Positions 13,064-23,855 of a stretch of 64,000 bases of DNA are shown here, in pieces. Origin of the DNA: Narcine bancroftii. Its lineage: Eukaryota. The stretch's first letter is position 1. Each line of letters begins with the position of its first letter. A program made the translations under genes and the position numbers. The stretch covers positions 20,956,001 to 21,020,000 of the forward strand of contig NC_091480.1 of the NCBI RefSeq assembly GCF_036971445.1. Reading direction: 5' to 3'. Under the pieces are notes generated by a model, which saw only the letters and a program-made list of their open reading frames with translations, was not told the origin of the DNA and did no database searches.

Positions 13064-13604
13064 GTTTATTGCTTTTCATGGATGCCGTCTGACCTCCAGT
13101 GCTTTGTGAGACTCCTGATCTCTTGGATTCACACAAATAGAATGTTTTTCAATTTGTCTTTTAGACTGATGTAATGAGTGCAAAGCAAAATTGGTCACAT
13201 GATCTACAATGGGCCAGTGCCACACTATAAATGGAAAAGCTGACAATTGAAACCCATTGCCAAGGGTTTAATCCAAGGCAACAAGGTTATGAGGGAATAG
13301 CATCTGTCATGATCTCACAAAAATTTTGCGAGATTGAGAGATCCAGCCCACCATGTTCATCTGATAACTGCCAAAGACCTGCCTGTGGTAAATGAGCCCA
13401 CCATTTTAAGAAACAGCCTAAGGCATGGCCAGTTAAGTATACAAACAATGGCATGACTAGGTTGCCTTCTTTCCCACTCTCAAAAGGTAACATAAGGAAC
13501 GCTGAAGATTATTTTTCTGCAAAATGTTCTTAGTTTATAGAAGATAAGATCTAATTGGCAGTTGGATTAAGGGAGAAACATTAAATGAAAACATTTTTCA
13601 CTTA

Positions 13605-13760
13605 AAGCAATGATGTGGAACTCACTGCCTGGAAGGGTGAAGGCACCCGAAACCCTCAATGTATTTATATAAAGTACCTTGCTGAGCACCTGAAGAGTTG
13701 AGCAACTGGGAAATGGGACTAAACGGTTCCCTTTTGGCTGACCTGAATGTTCTGTCACCT
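13605..13760 (+). mobile_element. CR1-like LINE 3' fragment
   Basis: tgtggaactcactgcctggaagggtgaaggca, typical of the CR1 3' end (W-N-S-L-P). Confidence 0.45.
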
Positions 13761-13921
13761 GAACAGTTTGTGCATTTCTGTGGTTTTGTGAATTCAAATG
13801 AAGTGGTCTCTGCAATCCTGCATTTTGTACAATTTAAGCTAAAACTGTGGCTTTTTTATGCTGCTGTTGATCAAGAAAGTGCAAGTGACCCCCACGGAAT
13901 ATCGAGTCAATGCTGCAAGCT

Positions 13922-14460
13922 ACGTAAAAAGGAGTACATGCTGGAGGAACTCAGCCGGCCTCGCAGCGTCCACAGGAGGTAAAGATACATAACCGACGTT
14001 TCAGGCCCTAGCCCTTCTTCGAGGCGAACGTAAAAAGGAGTACATGCTGGAGGAACTCAGCTGGCCTCGCAGCATCCACAGGAGGTAAAGATACATAACC
14101 GACGTTTGAGGCCCTAGCCCTTCTTCGAGGCGAACGTAAAAAGGAGTACATGCTGGAGGAACTCAGCCGGCCTCGCAGCGTCCACAGGAGGTAAAGATAC
14201 ATTCCGGGCACGAGCCGCTTCTTCGAGGAGTGAGCAAAGAACGGGAAGGCAAGACCGGCTGAGGGAGGAGTCCCTGCCAACAAAAGCCATCGGATACGCG
14301 GAGGAACAGTGAGAATTTGGCTCTGTGAGAGGAGACGGGGGGGGGGGGGGGGCAAAGGGAAGAGAGACAGGGAAGAAGATAATAGGGGTTTTAAAGGTAG
14401 CCATGAATGCCATCCAGGTGGAAGGGTGCCCAGACAAGATGAGGTGTGGCATCCAACAAG
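13922..14460 (-). mobile_element. Penelope-like element terminus with a 106-bp unit repeated about three times in tandem
   Basis: Units start at 13922, 14028 and 14134 (acgtaaaaaggagtacatgctggaggaactcagc...), followed by a purine-rich tract and the reverse of the GIY-YIG C-terminus. Confidence 0.8.
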
Positions 14461-14859
14461 CAGAGGCCATAAAAAATAAAAAAAGCAAATCCTTTCAATA
14501 AGTATTCATAAATTACCTTTAAAAATTTGCACCTCTAAGTAAAAGATTTTCAATATTAAGTGGGCAACTGAATAACGTTCGGTGACACTGCCTTCACTGA
14601 AGAGAAATGACATGCAATCAACGATTTGGCAGACAGGGAAGGGATGGACCCGTGAATGTGGGGGCAGGTTCAGACTTTGCTGGGCCAGTGTTTCTGATTG
14701 TTTAACCTCATTATTAGGTGGGCTCGATTCCACGCCTTCAACAGCTCAAAAGGGCAGCGTCAAACCCTGCCAGAAGGTTCACCGGCAGGACTTCCCTAAT
14801 TTTCCTCGGCACTGTCAGAAAAATCTGGGACATTTCTATTCCCCAGGAAGAAGTGCATC

Positions 14860-15960
14860 AGCTCCCGTGGCTGCAGCCGTTCGAGCCAGAATTGGACCCA
14901 GTCCTCTAACCGTTCCACGAGGAATGTGTCGGCCCACGCGTGTCAGGGGGGGCTTTGCCAGAGCAAGTGGAACAGGGCCGTCTTCATGTTGCAGGAGCAA
15001 AGGACTGCGCGGCCAAGTCTTTGCAGGCCGCAGCGCCTTGACACTTCAAGGGGGCAGGAGTTGGCCGGGGCTCGCACTTTCAGCCAGTTCAGAAACTTCT
15101 GCTCGGTGCCTGGCCAGGCAGACGTGCCGAAGGGCCCCCGCCCTCAGGCGCCCGGGAGGAGGCGGCTGGCACGCGGCGTCGGAGCTCGGCCGCAGGGTCA
15201 GGCCCAGGCAGCGGTGCATCCGGCCGTGGAACCACCTGGGGGGTGGGGGCGCCGTCCTCCCCTGCCAGTTCTCCCCGGGCTTGGCCTAGCCGGGGCCGCG
15301 GGGGGGCTTCAGCCGGCAGACCCCCCGCGTCGAAGGCGGCCTCAGCAGCGGGGGGGCACCGTGACGTCGAAGCAGGAAGTCCCCCGCGGAAGGTCAGCGG
15401 TGCTTGCCCGCTTTCACCAGCTCGCCCACGTGCTTGGTCACGTGCTGTGTCCCAGGACACGTGGGGGGGGGACACTTTCAGCCGCTGCTCGTAGGACGTC
15501 TCCCTGGCAACGGGGGCACACCTGGAGCAGGAAGAAGCCGAAGAGGGCAGGCAGGTCGCCAGCAGCCCCAACCCTCGCCCTCTTGGCGGGCGGCCTGACA
15601 TGCTCTGCGTCCGGGGGTCGCCAGCCCATTGCCCCCCCACCCCGGCTCCTGGACGCTCAGCTCTCTGCAAAACCGTGAGTTCCTTTGAAACTTCCCCTTC
15701 CGAGGGAACTAGATTTGCGTCACTTTTTCTGCGAGCTCAGAGGAAATGCCACCCTTTGCATCGTGCAGTTCTCCTTTCCAGCTGCCGTCTCCCGTGCACT
15801 GGGCTCCCGGAAGGGCTTCACCCGCTGCGCGCTGCATCCCCCCCCCCCCCCTCGGTTCGGACCCCGCGTCCTCCTGGTGGCACGTCCCCGACTTCTGCAG
15901 TTTCAGGGGGCGAACGGGTCTGCGGCACCACGGTTGCGAGAAACTCAGCGGGTCAGACCT
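14860..15960. promoter_or_regulatory. CpG island / GC-rich segment with no assigned gene
   Basis: Abrupt GC- and CpG-rich block in AT-rich DNA; TGACGTC at 15362, CAGGAAGT at 15373, three CACGTG between about 15427 and 15463. Confidence 0.65.
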
Positions 15961-16066
15961 TGATGTTGCAAAGGTGAAGGTGCAATGTCGGGGCTTGAGC
16001 CCTTCAACAAGGTGTGAGCAGAGTGGAGGCAGGCGCTTGAAGAGAATGGGTGGGGGAGGGGGGTTA

Positions 16067-16696
16067 GGGGCAGGGAGAGGAGCAAAGGCGGGGATAAGGG
16101 GCAGGGAGAGGAGCAAAGGCGGGGATAAGGGGCAGGGAGAGGAGCAAAGGCGGGGATAAGGGGCAGGGAGAGGAGCAAAGGCGGGGATAAGGGGCAGGGA
16201 GAGGAGCAAAGGCGGGGATAAGGGGCAGGGAGAGGAGCAAAGGCGGGGATAAGGGGCAGGGAGAGGAGCAAAGGCGGGGATAAGGGGCAGGGAGAGGAGC
16301 AAAGGCGGGGATAAGGGGCAGGGAGAGGAGCAAAGGCGGGGATAAGGGGCAGGGAGAGGAGCAAAGGCGGGGATAAGGGGCAGGGAGAGGAGCAAAGGCG
16401 GGGATAAGGGGCAGGGAGAGGAGCAAAGGCGGGGATAAGGGGCAGGGAGAGGAGCAAAGGCGGGGATAAGGGGCAGGGAGAGGAGCAAAGGCGGGGATAA
16501 GGGGCAGGGAGAGGAGCAAAGGCGGGGATAAGGGGCAGGGAGAGGAGCAAAGGCGGGGATAAGGGGCAGGGAGAGGAGCAAAGGCGGGGATAAGGGGCAG
16601 GGAGAGGAGCAAAGGCGGGGATAAGGGGCAGGGAGAGGAGCAAAGGCGGGGATAAGGGGCAGGGAGAGGAGCAAAGGCGGGGATAAGGGGCAGGGA
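16067..16696. repeat. 31-bp G-rich minisatellite, 20 copies + 10 nt
   Basis: Unit ggggcagggagaggagcaaaggcggggataa; no variant units seen. Confidence 0.97.
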
Positions 16697-17084
16697 TCAT
16701 GGAATCACACAGCACAGGAACAGGATCCAAAGTGTTCATGCAGACCATAAGGTTCCTGTCCACACTAATCCCATGTCGCAGCTTCTGGTCCAGAACTTTC
16801 TGTAGTATCATGCTACACAACTCAACCCTTTTGTGTTTACATCTCTTCATTTGTTTACATGTGTACGTTGGCATTTATTTTTGCACTTCCAATAAGTGGT
16901 AATTCTGCCCTGCCTGCAGGAAAAAGAATGTGATGTCAGGTATGTACTCTGAGAATAAATCTGAAATTTGAACTTTTGTGCTGATCAAGTTGGCATCCAT
17001 TTGAATCTTTCTATCTTTTGAACGTTGGTGGGGAGGGAGTTCCAGGATCTCGACGAGACAGCAACAATTTCTCTTGATTTTTTA

Positions 17085-18480
17085 GGTGCCATTGACTCAG
17101 CCCTTACCCACATCTCCTCCAATTCCCACTCATCAGCCCTGGCCCCTTCTGCCCCCCAGGCACACACAAACAGGATTCCCCTTGTCCTCACCTATCACCC
17201 TACCAACCTCTGCATCGAACACATTATCATACGTAATTTCTGCCACCTACAACAGGATCCCACCACTAGCCACATCTTCCACTCCTCCCCACTCTGTTGT
17301 CCCTTCCAAGACTCCCTCGTCCACTCATCCCTTCCTATTACTTGCCCTGATTTGTTTTTTTTGAAGTTTGATTTTAGACAATACAGAACTTTCATCCCCT
17401 TTTACAGAGCAAAATATACCAAGTCTTTTTTAACCCCCATCCCCCTGCCCTTCATTCCTCTCCCCCCTTCCCACCCCAAAATGATAAATCAACAAACACA
17501 TATTAATTACAAAGAGAATAAAACACAAAAGAATAACAATGGTTACAAACGGGTGACACAAATAATCCAAAGGTAACACAAGCCATGAAGTTACCCGAGC
17601 AACCTAAAGTACACAGAAAAAACAAAAAGTGGCAATACTGGGTCTCAGAGTCATTTTTTCCATCCTGGTATTCTGGGGCTGGAAATTTCCATCAATAATT
17701 TTTTTTTAAAGAAAGGAAAAAGTAGGGGTGCATTCATACATGTGTTCCACAAGTACTTCAACACACGTGCCAGATCTGCTCAGATTGCAGGTGATTTTCT
17801 CCAGGGGTACACAGCCCTGCAGGAACTGCCACGCTTGTGCCCACATCACCTCTTTCACCTAAACAGACCTTCCAAGTGAAGCAACACTTGTGTATCCACA
17901 GGAGACATCTACTGCATCTGGTGCTCCTGTTGTGGCCTTTTCTCCGTCGGAGAGACTGAACGTAGACTGGGAGATTGCTTCGTGGCACATGTTCACTCAG
18001 TCCGTGTCGGTGACAGGGATCTCCCAGTGGCCAACCCTTTCAATTCTGCAGCCCACTCCAGCACTGACATGTCTGTCCATTGGCCTCGCGTAGTGTCAAA
18101 CCAAATTGGAGGAGCAACACCAAATTTTCCATCTTGGCACTGACCAGCCGGATGGCAATAACATTGAACTCCAGTTTCTGCTAACCTACTCCCCATTCTC
18201 CCTCTCTTCCCCATCCCTCTGCCTGTCTTCTTTCCTCTAACTCTCCACCCCTTCCCTCTCCATTCACAGAATCATCCCCCTTCCCTTCGTTTGCTGATGT
18301 GCTCTCCCTCCCTTATTCACCCATTTTTGCCTATGGGACTATGCTCCTCCCCTCCACCATTTTCTTCATGTGCCTGCCTACACCTTGACTAAGGGCTCAA
18401 AATGTTGGTTATGTATCTGAGTTTCTCCAGCATTGTTTCCCTTCAATCATAGTGTCTGCAGACCTTCATGTTTTACTGCT
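17085..18480 (+). mobile_element. Degenerate Penelope-like element 3' half with an inserted L1-like fragment (about 17352-17770, minus)
   Basis: RIPLVLTYHPT motif, GIY-YIG-like region (atctactgcatctggtgctcc...ggagagactg) and characteristic terminus. Confidence 0.75.
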
Positions 18481-20504
18481 TCTGTTTCCCATTGATTCCT
18501 CAAGATTCCAGCATCTTCAGATTTTGCATTTCTTCACTGTTTAATATCATCCAACTGTACATAATCACAAGGATGGAGCTGCTGCTTGAGTATATCCTCT
18601 TTTATCCCCCAACCCTTCTCGATTTAACCGCTCTTTATTAATAAACAATGGTTTCCTTTCTGATGATCAGGGCTGGTTTTTCTGCATGGAAAGTTATATT
18701 TAGAGGATCATTACGTCTGTACATTAATTACAATCACATCAACAACACAGGAATCAAGCAATTATGTCCATGAACGTATCCAGATCTTCAGTGGTGAGTC
18801 TCCAGTGTTCCAGTGTTTCCACGGTATTGCCTTAGTCAATGACTTTTGGTTCTAACTGTTTCCAGCAGACCTGAGCGCCATTCATGAAATGCACTTCTGG
18901 CATTTTTAATGATTTGTTGAAGGCACACCCTTGAGATCCAATTTCTAGCCCCTCTGCAAAATGTGTGGCCAAGTCCTTCCTTAAACACATTTATTTTTAA
19001 TTTTTTATAGTTTAAAATAAGGAAAAAATTTATTATTCCTACATTTGCATTGACATTTCGTTCTGAAATATTGTGCTCCAGAAGAATTTACAATTGTATC
19101 AGAATTGAATAAACAATGGGCCAGATCATGCTCAATTCAGCCGGCTTATGGCACACTCTGCGTGCACTCTCTCCAGCCTCTGGGTCCAATAAAGCTCGAG
19201 GCCTCACTGTTTCGGTTATCAAGAGGGGCAGAGCAGCCTGCCTGTGGACTCGGCTTTAGGCGGTGGATTTGGAGGTCATGCCCTGATGGCTTTTTTGACA
19301 GATTGCTGCTGTCAAGGGTCTTTGAACTACTTTTAAATGTTCCTGATAGTCAGAAGGTGTGGGGTAATATGAAAACAAGTTAATATATTCCCTTAGAACC
19401 AAGATTATGCCCCAAAATAAATGAAATAATTGAAATTTGAATTTTTAAAAAAATACATAGCTTTTCAATCAAGATCAGCTTTTCTTGGTACAGAGTTGAG
19501 GCCATTCCACTGAATAGCAGCCATGAATAAAAATGGAATAATAATCTTCTAATGAACAACTATACATCAGTGAAATCCATAAAGACTGCACTTATTTTTT
19601 AAACAGTCTTGCAGAAAATGTATTAAACATAGCAGCTTTTTAATTCCCATTGAAAATTATTATCATACATCATGGGGATCTGATTAATTCACAGAGGACG
19701 ATGACGTAACTCACTTTTAAGGATGTATAAGTATTAAGCTGAAGAGCAAATCTGTGTCGTTTCTAATCGACTGTCCAAAATGATCTCATACGTAATTTTA
19801 AGTAAAGATTTTTTTTAATTTTTGGAACTGTTCTGATCCCTCTCAAGGAAATCGTTCTGAACATGTGGTCACCACACACAATAGGCAAGTGCTGAATACT
19901 AGCTGAATGCAAGCCTGCTCCAGTGCTTTTTCTCTGGGGTAGGCTTAATCTGGGTCATGGGAAAAAAGTTAGGGTGAGTTTCAGTGTGAGAGGAATATCT
20001 TTTGGATCCACATTCCCTCTGGGCCCTCCACATTCCTGATGCTGCCCTGCCTGGACTAAAATGCACATAGATCTGAGCTGAGAATTTCTTTTACTTTCTC
20101 ACTGTTTCACTTAACGCTTCTTCTTCCTTTCTTAACTCTTCTTTCTTGTTACCTGACTTTAATATTGAAGATTAATCTGAGTGGCCATATGTAGAGGGGA
20201 AAGGATCCATCTAACTTTAGAACATTAACTTTGATGCCATTTTCTTATATAGGCAAATATTTCACCAAGATACAAATACATTTCTTTCAAAATCCCATGT
20301 GCTGGGCTCAAAAGCATCTGTACTATATGTGTATTTGCTGGGATCATTTCAGATTAAGATTGCAAAGGGGAAGTTTTGGGTCGTGAACTAATAACTTCTG
20401 CTTTATCTATGGAACATGAATGGAATTGTCTTCTATAATTGCTTAATCAATAATATTGAATAAATTTAATATTTTGCTTCAGTTTTTTTTGGGTTAGTTT
20501 AACT

Positions 20505-21305
20505 GTTTCGATGCCAACTGGGCAGATGGAATTTAATACAGGAAAGTGTGAGTTGTTGCATTTTGGAAGGACAAAGCAAGGTAGGCCATACAGAGTAAAT
20601 GATAGGGCTCTGAGGAACGCAGAAGGACAAAGGGATCTGGGAATTCAGATACATAATTCCCTGAAAGGAACGTCACAGGTCGACAGGGTTGTGAAGAAAG
20701 CTTTTGGCATCATAAATCAAAGTATTGAGTACAGGTGTTGAGATGCTATGGTCAGGTTGTATAAGACATTGGTGCGGCCAAATCTGGAGTATTGTGTGCA
20801 GTTATGGTTGCTAAACTGCATGTAGGAAGGATATCAGTAAGATTGAAAGAGTGGAGAGAAGATTTACAAGGATGTTGCCAGGTCTTTCGGAGTTGAGTTA
20901 CAAGGAAAGATTAAACAGGTGAGGACTTTATTCCTTGGAGTGTAGAAGAATGAGGGGAGATTTGATAGAGGTTTACAAAATGAATGAGGTATAAATGTGA
21001 GTAGGCTCTTTCCACTTTGATTAGGAGAAATGGCTTTAGGGTGAAAGGGGAAAGGTTTAGGAGGAACATTAGGGGGGAATTCTTCACTTATAGAGGGGTG
21101 GGAGTGTGGAATGAGTTGCCATCTGGTGTAAATGCGGACTCATTCTTAAGTTTTAAAAAAATAAACTGGATAGATACATGAGTGGGAGAGGACTGGAGGT
21201 TATTGAATGGGTACAGGTCACTGAGACTAGCGGTACAATGTTTTCCACACTGACTAGAAGTGCCAAATGCCCTATTTCTGTGCTGTAGTGTTCTATGCTT
21301 CTATT
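20505..21305 (+). mobile_element. CR1-clade LINE 3' fragment
   Basis: QMEFNTGKCELLHFGR...RDLGIQIHNSLK...QVDRVVKKAFG; LYKTLVRPNLEYCVQ; tail gtgttctatgcttcta. Confidence 0.9.
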
Positions 21306-21879
21306 ATTTTATATTACAAGAGACAGGAAACCCTAAAAATGTTTTTAAGACCCAGAAAGGCTCTAGGCTTTTCCAGTCACATAATGCATAAAGTTAGGAA
21401 GCCCAATGAAAGATCAAACGTCAAGTTTATTGTCATCTGATTGCACAAGTACAACCCAACAAAACAACATTTACTGGACCTCGGTGAAAACATGCAGACA
21501 TACAACCAGACAACACACATACAGATAAACAATACACATTCATCAAATGAGGGATTGACTCCATCTCAACCAGTGAACTTCCTGGAGATAAACAGTCAAG
21601 CTAAATGATCATGTGAACTGGTGGTTGACGTACCTTTAAAATTAAGTTTTATTTTTATATTTTATCTGTAGACAGGGAGAGATGTGCACTTCTTTCCTAC
21701 TGACTACATTAAAAAAACATGAAAAATATTTACGTTACGAGAGGTGAAAAGAGAGTATAAAACCTGGCCCAAACTCATGCTCAGGAGATCAGTGTTGACT
21801 GGTCTGATGCGCATTAGTTTTAATGTAGTTCCGAACATTAACTCCGTGTGGTATTTCTATTTTGCTTCGATACACACAT

Positions 21880-22170
21880 CACACCCCAGGCACACTCTCT
21901 TCCCCCATCACTTCAGGAGAAGAAGGCTTAAGAGTGTGAGAGCACACACTAAGAGGCTTAAAGACCATTTCTTTCCTGCAGCCATCAGGTTCCTGAATGA
22001 ACCTCATGTTGCTCTAGCTCGGCACTAATTGATCTTCCTTCTCGAGGCAATCCCACACTCTAAACTGTGCTCTATACAGGGGTATACTCGAGATAACCCG
22101 TTAATCTGTTCACAGAAGAACCTGTCTCACTGTACTAGGTATTTTGTGTTAGACAAACTTAAACTTAGTA
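21880..22170 (+). mobile_element. Rex1/Babar-type LINE 3' fragment
   Basis: SHPRHTLF...RRLKSVRAHTKRLKDHFFPAAIRFLN. Confidence 0.7.
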
Positions 22171-23034
22171 ACTTTATTTGAAATGATATTACAAGTAGCA
22201 GCTCAGATAATCACAATGACTTCACAATATCTTGTTACATATACCTTCATCTGATCATAGAAAACAACCCAGAAAAGTTAATTGATCACACACGTAATTT
22301 GATCACCATCGTCTCATTATTCAAAACTATCACTCAAGTTTGTTACCAAATTTAATTATTTGTGCTTGTTAATGAAGTAGTGAGTAATATGGCAGTCTCA
22401 AGTAATATGCAAATTTAGAGGAATACTACTGAATATCTAAATAGCTGGCCGTGTTTTTTTTTAAGGTCAAGTTAAACTCTTTAATTCAGGGACGAAGATG
22501 ACTAATGCATTATATTGCAAAACAGGACAAGGTTTTAGATGAGTGATCGTCAAACACTCATTCTCTATTTAAATGTTCCCCTCTGCAGCAAAACACTGTC
22601 CATCCAGCACACTCGGGACTTCGGTGGCACTGGACAGGCAGCTTTTCTGGACTATTGTATGCTGTTCCAGTTAATACTCCTGCACATTCTAATTTGCTTT
22701 TTTTAAAAAAAAGATTCCACAGTGGAATAATGAATTCTGCATCAAAAAATGTATGTTTCATGAGATCATGGGAAAACCAACCTCGGTGAGTTTCAAGGGA
22801 GGGCAGCAAACGTGGCTGACTGTAACTGCCCTAACTGTTCTTTGGGAAATATATTTTATTGTAGGCCATGCAGGTTGTTTCTAAACCAGATGCAATCCTC
22901 CTTTCACTTAAATCTAAGTAGAAACAGCATCAACAAAAAGATGGAAATAAAAGTGATAACAGTGGATTTGGCTGTTTAACCCTTCAATTGCCTGGTGAAA
23001 TGCAGATTTGTTGAGTCTCAGTATAAAATAATTG

Positions 23035-23216
23035 TGATTTTATTTTGTTTTTGTTTTATTTTTCCAAATTTATGAAAAAGTTAAAACAGACAGATTTATT
23101 TCAGTTTAGTTTTTTTTTCAAATTAATAGAACCGTTAAAACAAAAAGATTTGTTCAAAGTCTTAGTAAAATAGTTGTGATTTTGTTTCCTTCAGAAAGTT
23201 CATACATTTCTTTATT
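23035..23216 (-). terminator. Candidate notum2 polyadenylation signals
   Basis: Several minus-strand AATAAA (plus-strand tttatt) at about 23211, 23095, 23055 and 23039, 340-515 nt past the stop codon; the site actually used is unknown. Confidence 0.4.
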
Positions 23217-23551
23217 AGTGTTTTGGATGTGAAATGATCAAAAGTGAATCGTCTTTCAACAGAAATTCAACTAAGAAAACAGGTATGCTTGTGAAAATTT
23301 AGACATTCAAATAAAACTTGTCACATTTGCCAAAATCTGGGCTTGCAATAAAGGAGTTGAACCATATTTTTGGCAGTGCTGGGTTTAAAATTATATTCAG
23401 ATGGAATACATTTTCAATAATACGCATGCTAGTTCAAAATTCCATCTTGGTTATCCAAGCAATACTCAACTAAAATCCATTATTTTCACTGTAAATATTA
23501 TCATACAGAAGAAAATGTGTAATTCTGAGCACTAACGCTCACTTTAGCCAT

Positions 23552-23855
23552 CTAACCTCCATTACTAAGCATACCCAGGAGTTGGCTGGGTTCCATTCCA
23601 AGCTGCTGTGCTATTCTTTGAACATCAAAGCCCATGTTCATCAGGAGCTGAATCATGTTCACCTCCTGACCTGTGGCCTGATCACGAAGGGCAGGACAAG
23701 TTGGGTTGCAATGTGGCAGCCGACACTGATCAATTAAGTGGAAGGAGCAATTTCTTGCAGGGGGTCTTGAACTCTTGTTTTCCTGAAGACTGCGATCCCA
23801 ACACTGGAGCGCTCTGTTCAAGGAAGTTCCCCTCACCTGAAAATCAAGCCAGTTG
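23552..23855 (-). CDS. notum2: Notum last coding exon ([23 protein letters not shown]...GMLSNGG*)
   Basis: tctttttag|CAACTGG...; TAG stop at 23554-23552; Notum C-terminal [13 protein letters not shown] and QLLGMLSNG motifs. Confidence 0.95.

Noticed and set aside
14582-15977. Overlapping 190-250 aa ORFs on both strands
   Set aside because: Expected in GC-rich DNA with few stop codons; low-complexity Arg/Gly/Pro/Ala content and no recognisable domain
13922-16696. Tandem arrays as possible CRISPR
   Set aside because: No unique spacers, eukaryotic context and no cas genes; these are simple tandem repeats
15709-16874. Long ORFs of 321, 309 and 182 aa with repeating PLIPAFAPLPAPYPRLCSSPC
   Set aside because: Artefact of the stop-free strand of the 31-bp minisatellite; not a protein
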